The notes under the pieces are model-generated. The model made no database searches and was not told where the DNA came from. It worked only from the letters and a program-made list of their open reading frames with translations. The position numbers were made by a program, and so were the translations under genes. A stretch of 64,000 nt of DNA from an uncultured Gammaproteobacteria bacterium (GTDB taxonomy: Bacteria > Patescibacteriota > Microgenomatia > Levybacterales > UBA12049): contig CAZSWA010000001.1 in assembly GCA_964610465.1 (NCBI GenBank), positions 15,023 through 79,022 of the forward strand, read 5' to 3'. How positions within the stretch are numbered: the stretch's first letter is position 1; each line of letters begins with the position of its first letter. This document shows, piece after piece, positions 37,563 to 48,334 of the stretch.

Positions 37563-39860
37563 TTAAGGATTTAAAGTTTTATAAATTTTGGTTTGTCCAC
37601 TTTGAAAAACGACTTTTCCTAATTGTTTAAATTTATTCTCATTAAGTGTTGGATATTTCTGATATTCCAAATTCCCTATAAAAACATAGGAGATATGGTA
37701 TTTTTTAATAAGTCGTTTTGTTTCATTAATATCAGAAGAGGTATATAAACTTTCTACTTCTGCAATACGTGGCGCCGGATAATAATAGAGAAAGTTTTTA
37801 TCATTACGCCTTGTATCATTGGCAGGATAATCGTACTCTCCTCTCCATAACCATTCATGTACTGTCCAACCAAGAATCGTTGGAAGCCCGGTATTGGCTG
37901 AGACACGTGCATAATCAGTATATGAATCGCCCTGTGCTTCAAGAATTACAGGCTGACCCTTTATATATTTATTAAGCCAAAGGATTGCTTCATAATCGTT
38001 GGGATAAAGGTTTTTTAAATAATTTATTCCATTTAGTCCATAATAATTTTTTAGGTCTCCATAATAAGAATTTACTGCAAGGAAAGGATAAATAAATACG
38101 AGTAATAATAAAATAAGAGTAATAACAAGAAATATAAGATAGAAAAAGCTTCTCTTAAATGAAAGTAAAAAATTGATAAATTTTTCATGTGGTTCTCGTG
38201 AAAGGAGACGGACAATACTGTATCCACTGCTAATAGAAAGCATAATGAAAGATTGAAATACAAGCTTAAACATAGTATTGGCTCGGTAGTGAGCAGGATA
38301 AATATCTTTTGCATAAATAAACTCTGGAATAATAATAAGAAGTGTGGAAAGTGCAATAAGAATAATAACAAAAATATCAGTTAAGAGGAGCTTCTTGGTC
38401 TTTTTCAAAAAAATGAAGAAAGAAATTACGAAAAAATAAAAAAATCCATACAATATAAGAAGTTGCCACCAAGGAGATTTTTGGCAATGATTCGCTTCAA
38501 ATAAAAATGGTCCGATGTGTCCAATACGAGTTAAGAAGTCTGGTGCACATAATACTCCTATTCCTGATACGAAAGGATTAAAATGGAGTGAAAACGGAAA
38601 AGAAAAAATGATAAAGGCTGTTCCTAAAATAAAAATAGATGAGAGAGATTCAATAAATACAGTAGTACATCTTTGGAATATAGTAAGTTTACTATTTATA
38701 AAAAGCAGCCATTCAAGTACGAGAATAACCAGACTGCAAAGGAGAAAATAAATTATTCCATCCCAGGCATTGGTCATATACATAATGGAAAGAAGAAATG
38801 CAATAAAAAAGAAAAAGAAAGGATGCATAAGAAAACGAATAAAAGAAAGATTCAACAAAAAATTTGTTTTTGAATTACCTATTTTTTTCGACTCAGAAAC
38901 AGAGAAGTTGACAATAACTGAAAATAAGAGAGCAATTATAAGAATCACAAAAGGAATATCCAATACATGCCCATGTAAGTCAGCCACCACCCAAGAATAA
39001 ATAGGAAATTCATGGATTGTGTTATAAATGAATCGAGTTGCGTTTGGATACCAGTAAGAATTTGGGAAAGTAAACGGAGATAAAGTAAGTTTCCATAATG
39101 GAACAGGATTGTCCGTTTTGTAGGGAGTAAAAAATGCATAAAGAATATGAAGATTGCCTGCAAAAGTCACCAAACACGCAGTAAGTAGTCCTGGAACAAA
39201 TAATTTATACTTGGAAATACGTTCTCCCTGTAAGAAATAAAACATGTTTGCTCCAAGAGAAAATGTTTGTGACAGACAAAATGCAAAGATAGTTGCCATC
39301 ATAATATTGAATGAGATGTAGGAGGGGACATTTGAAAGTCGAGTAAGTAACGCAGTAATGAAATGGCCAAAATAGTAATAATTAATTGAATAGGGAGTTA
39401 GCCACATATCACGTGGTGGTAAAGAAGTTCCTCTTAACGCAGAGTTAATAAATCCAAAATCCATATACTTTTCTAACCCGTGAATATCTGCAGCAAACGA
39501 GTGGATATAAGACCAAAAGAGTAAAGCTGCGAAAAATAGCACTTCTTCAAATAGAAAAACTAACCAGTGTTGTTTCATGATGCTGAAATAGTTTTTTTTG
39601 TTAGGTGTGATGAGAAATACAATAACTACACTCGATAGTAGAATAAGAAAAGAAAAAAAAGTAGTAAAGGGAATGATATGGAAAACCCCTAACGCAAATA
39701 CAATATAGGAAAAAATACCAATTCCAACTATTTTTGAAAATGCATATCCTCTATCAAAAAAACGAGGGAACAAGAAAAAGGTAACAGGCAAAAAGCCAAT
39801 TCCTATAAAAAAAAGTAATATCCACCACTGTAGCACAAAGGTTATATCAGATAAAAACAT
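37563..39860 (-). CDS. large polytopic membrane protein with conserved YYY motif (chlor_Arch_YYY/DUF2298-like; GT-C-like glycosyltransferase candidate)
   Basis: 765 aa, at least 16 TM helices, C-terminal soluble region with invariant-looking YYY (NFLYYYPAP). Family assignment is from memory of the motif only. Confidence 0.45.
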   Translation of the reverse strand: MFLSDITFVLQWWILLFFIGIGFLPVTFFLFPRFFDRGYAFSKIVGIGIFSYIVFALGVFHIIPFTTFFSFLILLSSVVIVFLITPNKKNYFSIMKQHWLVFLFEEVLFFAALLFWSYIHSFAADIHGLEKYMDFGFINSALRGTSLPPRDMWLTPYSINYYYFGHFITALLTRLSNVPSYISFNIMMATIFAFCLSQTFSLGANMFYFLQGERISKYKLFVPGLLTACLVTFAGNLHILYAFFTPYKTDNPVPLWKLTLSPFTFPNSYWYPNATRFIYNTIHEFPIYSWVVADLHGHVLDIPFVILIIALLFSVIVNFSVSESKKIGNSKTNFLLNLSFIRFLMHPFFFFFIAFLLSIMYMTNAWDGIIYFLLCSLVILVLEWLLFINSKLTIFQRCTTVFIESLSSIFILGTAFIIFSFPFSLHFNPFVSGIGVLCAPDFLTRIGHIGPFLFEANHCQKSPWWQLLILYGFFYFFVISFFIFLKKTKKLLLTDIFVIILIALSTLLIIIPEFIYAKDIYPAHYRANTMFKLVFQSFIMLSISSGYSIVRLLSREPHEKFINFLLSFKRSFFYLIFLVITLILLLLVFIYPFLAVNSYYGDLKNYYGLNGINYLKNLYPNDYEAILWLNKYIKGQPVILEAQGDSYTDYARVSANTGLPTILGWTVHEWLWRGEYDYPANDTRRNDKNFLYYYPAPRIAEVESLYTSSDINETKRLIKKYHISYVFIGNLEYQKYPTLNENKFKQLGKVVFQSGQTKIYKTLNP

Positions 39861-39871
39861 TATAATAAGAA

Positions 39872-40411
39872 CTATTGTAATATATCAGATAATTGTGATA
39901 TAGGAAAAATATTTCTTGTTAAGTTTCCACCAGTCTGAGAGTCATTTAGCCAAAAGAATTTCGTTTTTTTATTCCTTTTTGCAACATATTTAAGAAGTGA
40001 AAGATCATCATCAATATACAAATCTAAATGTAAATTTTTGATAATAGTATCTTTAAAAATATGAGGTTGTTCATTTTGGAAATTAAAATACATTGCATCA
40101 AAAATTTTATCTAGGTTATATCTTTTTATCAATTTTTGGGTAATCCCTTCTAAAAACTTATATCTACTTGAAATAAGATAAAGTTTATTTCTATCTTTTG
40201 GGATACTATGGAGAAATGTTAAGTTTTCTTTAATTGCAGGTCTTAGTACTGGAAGATGAGTAAATCTACGGAAAACTTGTTCAGGGTAGGAAGGGATACG
40301 ATAAAGAAGAACACCATTGTCCTTTTTCTTGTAGAGTTTATCAACAACTTTTGGAGGGATAAATGGAGGATAGTCAATAAAAACCTTGTCCAGATCAAAA
40401 CCAATATTCAT
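39872..40411 (-). CDS. HAD-superfamily hydrolase-like protein
   Basis: 179 aa. Motif I-like FDLDKV near the N-terminus and DDD near the C-terminus. Confidence 0.4.
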   Translation of the reverse strand: MNIGFDLDKVFIDYPPFIPPKVVDKLYKKKDNGVLLYRIPSYPEQVFRRFTHLPVLRPAIKENLTFLHSIPKDRNKLYLISSRYKFLEGITQKLIKRYNLDKIFDAMYFNFQNEQPHIFKDTIIKNLHLDLYIDDDLSLLKYVAKRNKKTKFFWLNDSQTGGNLTRNIFPISQLSDILQ

Positions 40412-40421
40412 AGGTAAAAAA

Positions 40422-41459
40422 TTATATTTTTGAAACGAGGTTTAAAATCTTAAAATCCCAACCAACTCGATGCGTCTTTCCTATTTTATGTAAAACTTTG
40501 CTTCTATTCATTTTATACCATATATAACTTTCTAAAAAAAGCTCTTGATTTGATTTTTTAGGATGCCATTTAAGAAGCTTTTCTGCTTTTTCTATAGATA
40601 CATACGAATCAACAGGCATTGTTTTATAATGCCATGCTGCAAGAGGAGAAAGATGGAGAAGTTCAAGTATCTGAAGGATAATCTGAGATGGTTTCACAGG
40701 AAGAGAAGTTATTTTAGATTTTGATTTTTGATACTTTATGACATACCCTAAATCTTTTCTCCATGTCTGGAATTCTTTAGCTCCTATATTAAAAATTTCG
40801 CCGCTTACATTTGATTCAACTGCCTTCTCTATTGCATCTGCTAAATCAGTAACAGATAATAATTGGTATTTATTTTTCCCGTTTCCTAACAAGAAAACTC
40901 TTTTATTACTATAAATAGCTTCAAACCACAGCTCAAAAACCCCAAGTCTTTCAGGTCCTAAGAATGTTTTTGGCCTTATGATAATAACAGGAAGACCTTT
41001 CGCTTGATATTCTTGGCATAGTTCTTCTCCTTTTACTTTAGATACGCCATAATATCCAATTGGATCAATTGGAGCTTCTTCTGTTTCAGGTAAATGTTTT
41101 GGTACTCCATATACTGCAGTTGAAGAAATAAAAATGATTTTTTTGATTTTGTGTTTTAGTGCTGCAGCCAATACATTTTTTGTACCATCAATATTGACAC
41201 TAAAGATTGCTTTTTTTGAGAGTTGGATTGGAAGTGCAGCTGCTGCATGTATTACATAATCTTGTCCTTTTATTGCCTCATCGATGACTTTTTTGTTTCT
41301 AATGTCTCCTTTTATCAGTTGAGCTTTTCCAATTAAATCTTTCGCGTCAAGATCGGCGATATCAAAAAGTGTAACTGAGTATCCATCATAGAGAAATTTT
41401 CTTGCTAAATGACATCCTAAGAATCCGCTTCCTCCGGTTATTAAAACTTTTTTTGCCAT
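40422..41459 (-). CDS. NAD-dependent nucleotide-sugar epimerase/dehydratase (extended SDR)
   Basis: 345 aa. Rossmann GGSGFLG, catalytic YxxxK (YGVSKVKGE). Confidence 0.8.
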   Translation of the reverse strand: MAKKVLITGGSGFLGCHLARKFLYDGYSVTLFDIADLDAKDLIGKAQLIKGDIRNKKVIDEAIKGQDYVIHAAAALPIQLSKKAIFSVNIDGTKNVLAAALKHKIKKIIFISSTAVYGVPKHLPETEEAPIDPIGYYGVSKVKGEELCQEYQAKGLPVIIIRPKTFLGPERLGVFELWFEAIYSNKRVFLLGNGKNKYQLLSVTDLADAIEKAVESNVSGEIFNIGAKEFQTWRKDLGYVIKYQKSKSKITSLPVKPSQIILQILELLHLSPLAAWHYKTMPVDSYVSIEKAEKLLKWHPKKSNQELFLESYIWYKMNRSKVLHKIGKTHRVGWDFKILNLVSKI

Positions 41460-41869
41460 AGGTCATATTGTACTACCTTCCCTGTTTGAAAGGCAATAGA
41501 TTGTTTTGAGAAGAAGGATTCTCTCTGTGAATACAGCGAGAAAGAATGAGCATCACCTATTTAATAATAGGTGATGATATGGAAGAATAGACCATTCGTA
41601 GTTGGTAATAGGACGTTGTTGGTTCCCAATTCGGTTGATTTCATACTTTTGCCACATTGGAAACTCCTTATATCCAATTGAAAAACCAAACAGATTCACA
41701 TGTTTCCCATAGAGAACACTATATATCTCATTTCAATTAATGTTTTCATCACCTGTAATATTAAGCGGTATTTGACCAATCCATATGATTCGAAAAACAA
41801 AAGAGATTATTGTAATTATTAAAATGAAAGTTGTATCTAACTAAGAGAGGTAAAAACGTTCATTATCAT

Positions 41870-43588
41870 TTATAGAGAATTTTTTTGGAATATTATTACT
41901 TTTGGATGATCATAGACCGTAAAGGATTCATCTGCTCCCTGGTCGTTTATCGGGATATTAAAAAAAGGAATTATCGGGTAATCAGTAAATTCTGCAATTT
42001 TTTTAAATCCTAACTGTCCAGAAAATAGTTTTTTATAATACTCAGCAGTTTGTGAATAGCAGCGTCCAGAAGGTAAGATAGCACAGTGTGTTAATTTCTG
42101 AAGAGGTACATACAGACGATTGGATGCAATTATTATATAATCAGTTTGTTGTAGTATAGTATTTATTTGATTCCATTTCTCAGGTGTGTCAGGATCATAG
42201 AGAGTTAAAGTAAACGTCGTATATTGCTGTTGTCCAAACATCGGTAATGCATCATCCCAATGTTCAATTGCCAACTTTTTTCCTGGAGGTATTGTATTTA
42301 CAATCCATTGAGATGCAGAAAAACGGGTATTTGGATGATTATAAATACTTAAAAAACTTAATGGCCAAATTAAAAATATAAGAAGTACATATATTCCTAT
42401 TATAACGTTTAACCATAGTGTTCTATTCTGTTTAAGATACAAAATAAGACGGTAACAGAGAAGTCCTGCAAATAAAGAGAAAAGTGGATAAAGTGGAAGC
42501 ATATATCTCATAAATCCTATTGCAAATTTCCCAACGACCGCGAAATAAATTAAGAAAAACACAAAAAGAGTTAATTCTTTTGAAACCAGTTCTTTTTTAT
42601 GAGAGCGTATTAGCAAAAGGAAAAAATAAATAATTCCCAAAAAAGAAAATAATGAAATAAAAGGTCCTTCTCCAAATAAGAAAATATTTTTTAACTCATA
42701 AAAATAGGATATTTTATTGACATATTGGAGGGTATAAGGAAAGATAAATGCGTTATGTGTCATTTGCGATTGTTCAACTGTCTGATTCCAAAAATTACTA
42801 AAATCAATTAAGGCATAGGGTTCAAGTATAAGAAAAGTTAATAGAGTTGAAATAGCGATAAGCAAACCATAGCCTAAAAGATGTCGTAAAAATTTTGGGA
42901 CATGAGGAAACCATACATGAGGACGATGTGGCTCTTTAAAAAACAGCAAAATAAAATCTACAACTAATGTAATTCCGATAGAGCTTACTAATAAAACTGC
43001 ACTTATTTTTGTAGCCAATGCAAAACCGAATGCAAGACCAATAAAAAGAGATTTGATAACTGTTGGTTTTTCATAGAATCGAATAAGAAGATAAAGCGCT
43101 AATACTATAAAACAGGTAAGTAGTGTGTCAACTGCATAAAAATGTGACAACTGAATAGGTAACACACTTATGCTATAGAAGAAAGACGATAACAGTCCAA
43201 CAAATGTAGTAAATATTTTTTTTCCAAGAAGAAAAAGTAAAACGATAGTTACCAAATCACTTATTGCTGAAATAACTCTCCCGACAAGATTAATTCCATC
43301 ATATTGTCCAAACTGTGGATTTATTATACTCGTAATATCTCCTGCAATTTTCAACAAATAGAATGGAAAACTGCCATATGCAAAAAAATGCGGATTCCAA
43401 GGACTACTGGGAGATAAAAACTCAGACATATTATGAGGAAATTGAAGTTTAATAACTGATAACACGATTGCCCTTTCATCAGGATGTAAGTGATACCCGT
43501 TATCCCAATTAATATTATAAAGTCTTACAACTGCTGCCAGAATAAGTATGATAAACAAAAGTGCTTTAATTTTTATCTCGAGCTTCAT
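41870..43588 (-). CDS. GT-C fold membrane glycosyltransferase (PMT/ArnT, GT39-like)
   Basis: 572 aa. About 13 TM, first extracytoplasmic loop with acidic motif (HPDERAI). Paralogous to 43585-45231. Confidence 0.6.
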   Translation of the reverse strand: MKLEIKIKALLFIILILAAVVRLYNINWDNGYHLHPDERAIVLSVIKLQFPHNMSEFLSPSSPWNPHFFAYGSFPFYLLKIAGDITSIINPQFGQYDGINLVGRVISAISDLVTIVLLFLLGKKIFTTFVGLLSSFFYSISVLPIQLSHFYAVDTLLTCFIVLALYLLIRFYEKPTVIKSLFIGLAFGFALATKISAVLLVSSIGITLVVDFILLFFKEPHRPHVWFPHVPKFLRHLLGYGLLIAISTLLTFLILEPYALIDFSNFWNQTVEQSQMTHNAFIFPYTLQYVNKISYFYELKNIFLFGEGPFISLFSFLGIIYFFLLLIRSHKKELVSKELTLFVFFLIYFAVVGKFAIGFMRYMLPLYPLFSLFAGLLCYRLILYLKQNRTLWLNVIIGIYVLLIFLIWPLSFLSIYNHPNTRFSASQWIVNTIPPGKKLAIEHWDDALPMFGQQQYTTFTLTLYDPDTPEKWNQINTILQQTDYIIIASNRLYVPLQKLTHCAILPSGRCYSQTAEYYKKLFSGQLGFKKIAEFTDYPIIPFFNIPINDQGADESFTVYDHPKVIIFQKNSL

Positions 43589-45231
43589 TTTGCAAATATA
43601 TATACTGTAGGCCTATCAAATACATTCGCCGTCTCTTCAAAGGAATATACAGGATTAGTAAGATAAATAATTTTACACCAAATGCTGCAAGGTGTCTCAT
43701 ATATTTTTTTGTACTTTTCTTTTCCATTGAGTAATGCAGTGTAGAACGCATTCCCATTGGGAAATTCAGACGGATCTAAAATTCTTGTTTTCAGTATTCT
43801 TTGACTTGGCAAAATAATATAATTATTTCCTGCTAGTGTTTCACGAAGAGTAATATTGTTATAATCTAAGGAATTATTATCTAGCTCATAGAAATTAAAT
43901 AATGTAATATTAGGAAAATTTGCATTGAATGCAGTAATACCTAAGTCATAGACTTCACTAAGAATTGGTGCGTCTGAGGGAATAAATTTCTTTGCCCATA
44001 TACTCGCCTGTATTCGTGTATCTTTTTCAACAAATGCAGTAATAAAATAAGCAATTGCAAATAATCCGCATACATAACTTAAAATAAGAGCACCAATTGG
44101 AAAGTAATTTATATAATGTTTCAATTGCTTTCTCCCATACTGCAAACTATGTTCTGCTCCAAGCGCAATAATAAGATACATAAACGGAAGTGTCGGAACC
44201 ATGTAGCGTACCCATTTTACAAATAAGAAAGCTTGTGGGAGAAATACTACTAAATAGAATAAATAGACAAAAAGATAAGGTATATTTTTCGATTTAAAAA
44301 GACTGGGAATTAAAACAAGAAAAGATAAGAAAAACAGAACAACTATCACAGGATTCATCAAAAAAGGATATACTCTTGTAAATTGAAAAATAATAGGTAG
44401 GGTATTATAAAATTCACCGGTATAAAATACTTTCATAGTTCCAAGAGCAACTGATGATTCATACTTCATACTATTGAGAAACGATGCATGATCAAGTATT
44501 GTAAAAGGATTGGTGATAAAAAAAACAAAGGTTGATGTTATTGTAAAGAGAAATATTCCTCGGCTTGTCTGAAATAAGCTTGTAAGCAGTTTTTTCTTAT
44601 GCAATTTGTGATAAAGGAAAAATGCTAAAAATATTGCTAAAACTAAAATAGGAAAAAATACAAAACTGGTAACCTTCGTTGCTATCAAGATACCAAAGGT
44701 GATTGAAAGGAGGAAAAGAGAAACACTGTCAGAATTTTGTAAAAACTGGAGAGAGAAATAGAACAATAAAACAGAGAAAAAGGTAAGCCACATTTCAAAA
44801 GTCCCAAAATGGGCAAATTGAATAAATCCAACACTTGTTGCACTCAAAAATGCAGTTATGAGTCCAATCCGTTTGTTTTCTATTTTCTTTCCAATTAAGT
44901 AAAGAAGCGGAATGAGAAGAATTGAGAGAACAGCTGAGAAAATTCTACTGGCGAGGATTGCATTTGCAAAAGAAACTGTTGGAGAAGAAAAAAGCTGCAA
45001 AATTTGACCTAATACAAAAATGCAATAAATTGGGAATGAACCATAGGCAAAAAAATGAGGATTCAGTTGTCTTGGGAATACTATTTCCGTAACTGATGAA
45101 GCGATATTGCGTTCATCAGGATTAAAATAAAAAGGCGCTCCCCAATTAAGGTTATAGATTCTCAAAATTGCTGCACAACTGAAAAGAAATAAAATAAAGA
45201 GTTTTACCTGTATTTTTTTCTCAAAGCGCAT
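43585..45231 (-). CDS. GT-C fold membrane glycosyltransferase (PMT/ArnT, GT39-like), paralogue
   Basis: 548 aa. N-terminal LRIYNLNWGAPFYFNPDERNI...HFFAYGSFP, closely parallel to the downstream paralogue. Stop overlaps next start. Confidence 0.6.
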   Translation of the reverse strand: MRFEKKIQVKLFILFLFSCAAILRIYNLNWGAPFYFNPDERNIASSVTEIVFPRQLNPHFFAYGSFPIYCIFVLGQILQLFSSPTVSFANAILASRIFSAVLSILLIPLLYLIGKKIENKRIGLITAFLSATSVGFIQFAHFGTFEMWLTFFSVLLFYFSLQFLQNSDSVSLFLLSITFGILIATKVTSFVFFPILVLAIFLAFFLYHKLHKKKLLTSLFQTSRGIFLFTITSTFVFFITNPFTILDHASFLNSMKYESSVALGTMKVFYTGEFYNTLPIIFQFTRVYPFLMNPVIVVLFFLSFLVLIPSLFKSKNIPYLFVYLFYLVVFLPQAFLFVKWVRYMVPTLPFMYLIIALGAEHSLQYGRKQLKHYINYFPIGALILSYVCGLFAIAYFITAFVEKDTRIQASIWAKKFIPSDAPILSEVYDLGITAFNANFPNITLFNFYELDNNSLDYNNITLRETLAGNNYIILPSQRILKTRILDPSEFPNGNAFYTALLNGKEKYKKIYETPCSIWCKIIYLTNPVYSFEETANVFDRPTVYIFAK

Positions 45232-45263
45232 GAGTTTAGTTTAGAATGTTTCTTAGGTGTTAA

Positions 45264-46550
45264 TCAATGGGTTTTGTTGATGATTGTTACAATCTTTTCA
45301 CCTAATTCTACTGCGTAATTAGTTCCTCTATCCCAAGGATAGACCTGTTCAATATTTGCTAAATATACATTGGGTAGTGGTGTTGCCATAGGTGGAATCA
45401 TTTTTGAATAGTTTGTAGGGATAATAGGTTGGGCAAAAGGAGCTTTAAAAAGCTCATATCCAATAAGGTATTTTTGGTAATCAGGATTAATTTTTTTAAG
45501 GAATGGGTCAAAAAATCTGAGCTTTTCTTCTTTATTCATGAGAAAACGGGGATTATCAATGGCAAGATAATTTCCAAGGTACACTAAATGTTCATTATTA
45601 TAATGTTTTTTATCCATAAAATTCGTATGCTCAACAATTGCCATCACAGGAGAAGTCGTATCACATACACTGAGCCAATATGTGTTATCAGGAAGAAATG
45701 GTTTTTTAAGCCTCAACACAAGATTTGTTGCTCCAAGACCTTTGAGTTTTGCAAATTTTTGCGTATACGACTGTTGTAATTGCGGAAGTAATTTCATGAA
45801 GAGAAAAGAAGGAAGTGTAAAAATGACTTTATCAAATGTCTCACTCTTCAATTTTCCGTCATTAGTTTTCCATTTAATTGAAACTTTACCATCATCAGTA
45901 ACCTCAAGAATTTCTGTATTAAAATGTATTTTTCCTTCTTGTGTTTCAATAACTGACGAAAGTTTTTGTGCAAATTGTAAAAATCCGCCTGTAGGATACG
46001 CAAGAGAGGACGTGCGTTTCGTAAGTCTTGCCCAAAACCAAGCAAGAGAAATATCATGAGCATATGTTCCAAATTTATTCACAAATTGGGGTTCCCAAAT
46101 CATTTTGTATGTTTTTTCTCCCATTGCTTTGGGTAAAAGCGTACTGGCATTTACCTTTTCAAGAGGTTTCCAAAATGGATTGTATCGTATTGCACCAACC
46201 ACAGCTGCCATACGCAGTCTCTCACCAAGTGATAATTTGGGAAAAAGAAGAACTTCTTTAGGTGAATCAAATTGGTAGATATGTCCTTGAACATATACTG
46301 AAGTTTTAGGATGCCTGATAACTACTGGATATCCTATTTCTTGAGCTAGCTTTAACACATACACATCATTCGTAAACCAATGATGATAATGTTTTTCCAA
46401 ACTCCACTCCCATTCTTTTTCTTTATATCCAATTGCCAATCCTCCAGGCTGAGAGTCTTTTTCAAAAATAGTAACCGTATGTTTTTGTTTTGTGAGTCGA
46501 TATGCTGCTGAAAGACCGGTAAAGCCTGCCCCAATAATTCCTATTTTCAT
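45264..46550 (-). CDS. FAD-dependent oxidoreductase (amine-oxidase / phytoene-desaturase-like Rossmann flavoprotein)
   Basis: 428 aa. N-terminal dinucleotide fold KIGIIGAGFTGLSAAYRL...EKDSQPGGLA. Confidence 0.6.
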   Translation of the reverse strand: MKIGIIGAGFTGLSAAYRLTKQKHTVTIFEKDSQPGGLAIGYKEKEWEWSLEKHYHHWFTNDVYVLKLAQEIGYPVVIRHPKTSVYVQGHIYQFDSPKEVLLFPKLSLGERLRMAAVVGAIRYNPFWKPLEKVNASTLLPKAMGEKTYKMIWEPQFVNKFGTYAHDISLAWFWARLTKRTSSLAYPTGGFLQFAQKLSSVIETQEGKIHFNTEILEVTDDGKVSIKWKTNDGKLKSETFDKVIFTLPSFLFMKLLPQLQQSYTQKFAKLKGLGATNLVLRLKKPFLPDNTYWLSVCDTTSPVMAIVEHTNFMDKKHYNNEHLVYLGNYLAIDNPRFLMNKEEKLRFFDPFLKKINPDYQKYLIGYELFKAPFAQPIIPTNYSKMIPPMATPLPNVYLANIEQVYPWDRGTNYAVELGEKIVTIINKTH

Positions 46551-48025
46551 AATGTAGTTTTCCCTTGTGTTAGGAAGAATAGCATAAGTCCTGTTCCTAT
46601 GGAAAGACCAGTGAAGACAAGTCCTATCACTATAGATGAACTACCGGGGTTTGGTAATGGAGCTTGGGTAATAGTTGGTGAAACGCTTACCGCAAGAAGG
46701 ATGGGAGTCGGAGTTGGTGCAACTGTTGATGTAGGGGTAGGAATTGCTGTCACTGAAATGGTAGGGTTCATGCTAAGTGTTGGGCTTATAGAAGCAACGG
46801 GAGTAGGCGTAGTATTTATAGGTTGGGTTCGAGTTGGGGTTGGAGTAAGAGTTGCGGTAGGCAGTGGTGTTGTGGTTGGAGCAACAGGAGAAACAGAAGG
46901 TTGAGTGAACTGGCTTCCTTGTGCATATACAGTAAAGTTCTGACTTATTGTTTTTAATGCTCCTAATGCATCACGAGTAATTATAGTAATAATATGATTT
47001 CCTGGACTTAAGGGGGTGGTCGGTCGAAATGTCCAATTTCCATTTTTATCAGCAGTGACAGTGGTGCTGATTGGATCTGTCGAATGAATAACAATTTGTA
47101 CGGTTGCATTAGGTATTGCAGTACCTTGAAACATTGGTTGTTGATCTTTAAATTGTTGCTCAGCCTTCGGAGTGATTATCTGAGGGGTTGATGAAGTTTT
47201 CTCATAAGTTGCAGGAAATGCTGAAAAAATAGGACTAATCTCTGCAGATTGAGAAGGAACCACCAATGCTTCTGTACTTATCGAAAAATCATAGTCATTT
47301 GATAAAGTTATTGGAGGAATAGGATTTGCTCCTCCTGAAAGTACTTTTACATTAGAGGTATTGATACCATTGGTAATGGTAAAATTTACTATTGTTTTAG
47401 GAGTAAGCTTGACATAGGAAGATAAATCATTTGTTCGAAGGAGATTTAACGGCAGAATAAAACTTCCATCCTGCCGTAATATGAGAGAAAGTATTTGAGA
47501 GGCGCTCGTTGAGGCATAAACTATCCCTTCACTTGGGATATCTCCGCCAGGTAAAAGTACTTTTCCTACAATTGAAGGGGAATTTGGCGAAGCAACTGTA
47601 AGAGTTTTGCCTGTAGTCATTTCATAAGGTCCAGTTGTATTTGTAAAAGTGGTGCCGTCTGAGATAATTGCAAAATAGTATTTAGTTTGTGGTTTCAGTT
47701 TGGTAAGAGTTATTGAGTGCACATGATGAGAGAGTGGAGTCCCAATTGTCTTATCGTTATCGTCTATCATTACATTTCCATAGGATGAAGTTTCTCCATA
47801 TGCAATTGAAGCAATAGATCTTTCAGGTGTAGTAAAAGATACAGTAAATGCAGTATCAGTACTATTAGTTATTTCTACATTTTTCGGAATATTTCCCCCA
47901 GCTGCTTTGCCTCCAAAAAGTATTTTATTTTCACCTAGCCAGGATATTGTTACTACAGATAGTGATAATACTACTAAACCTAAAACTGTCGGGATGCGTT
48001 TATTCCATATAGAATCTCTCATCAT
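46547..48025 (-). CDS. cell-surface protein: signal anchor, FN3-like and Ig-like domains, long Pro/Thr-rich linker, C-terminal TM anchor
   Basis: 492 aa. FN3-like block (TDTAFTVSFTT...TKYYFAI), Ig-like block (TADKNGNWTFRPT...GNHIITI), about 90-aa PT-rich tract, hydrophobic C-terminus. Stop overlaps downstream oxidoreductase start by 4 nt. Confidence 0.55.
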   Translation of the reverse strand: MMRDSIWNKRIPTVLGLVVLSLSVVTISWLGENKILFGGKAAGGNIPKNVEITNSTDTAFTVSFTTPERSIASIAYGETSSYGNVMIDDNDKTIGTPLSHHVHSITLTKLKPQTKYYFAIISDGTTFTNTTGPYEMTTGKTLTVASPNSPSIVGKVLLPGGDIPSEGIVYASTSASQILSLILRQDGSFILPLNLLRTNDLSSYVKLTPKTIVNFTITNGINTSNVKVLSGGANPIPPITLSNDYDFSISTEALVVPSQSAEISPIFSAFPATYEKTSSTPQIITPKAEQQFKDQQPMFQGTAIPNATVQIVIHSTDPISTTVTADKNGNWTFRPTTPLSPGNHIITIITRDALGALKTISQNFTVYAQGSQFTQPSVSPVAPTTTPLPTATLTPTPTRTQPINTTPTPVASISPTLSMNPTISVTAIPTPTSTVAPTPTPILLAVSVSPTITQAPLPNPGSSSIVIGLVFTGLSIGTGLMLFFLTQGKTTL

Positions 48026-48027
48026 AG

Positions 48028-48327
48028 TTACTGTGTTGGTATATTCGTGGCATCTTCAGCTGGTTGAGATTGTGAACTATCAGATGCTACCAGTGATTGA
48101 GACTGAGAAAGAGGAGTTTGCAAATTATAATCAGGAGTAATGATTTCTCTCTGTTGTAATTTTTGTAGGGTACTCATATCAAAAGTACCATCAATAGGGC
48201 TTATTTGAAAGCTTAAATCATGACTTATGGTTGAAGTCTCAAGCGTGTGGTAAATATTAGACGCTATCCAAAAAGTAACTACTACAAAAGAAAGTATCGA
48301 GATAAAAAGTATATTTTGCTGTTTCAT
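48028..48327 (-). CDS. small N-terminally anchored protein, pilus-operon member (PilP-like position)
   Basis: 99 aa, one TM, Ser/Gln-rich tail. Position between pilO and the surface protein. Confidence 0.35.
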   Translation of the reverse strand: MKQQNILFISILSFVVVTFWIASNIYHTLETSTISHDLSFQISPIDGTFDMSTLQKLQQREIITPDYNLQTPLSQSQSLVASDSSQSQPAEDATNIPTQ

Positions 48328-48334
48328 ACTAGAA

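Noticed and set aside
41552-41575. 9-bp AT-rich hairpin (atcacctat/ataggtgat) in the 410-nt GT-C/epimerase spacer
   Set aside because: No flanking U-tract on either strand and AT-only stem; likely fortuitous. The spacer may simply hold the promoter for the epimerase gene.
46599-46904. 101-aa plus-strand ORF rich in GVGV repeats
   Set aside because: Reverse complement of the Pro/Thr-rich linker of the surface protein; repeat-driven open frame, not a gene.
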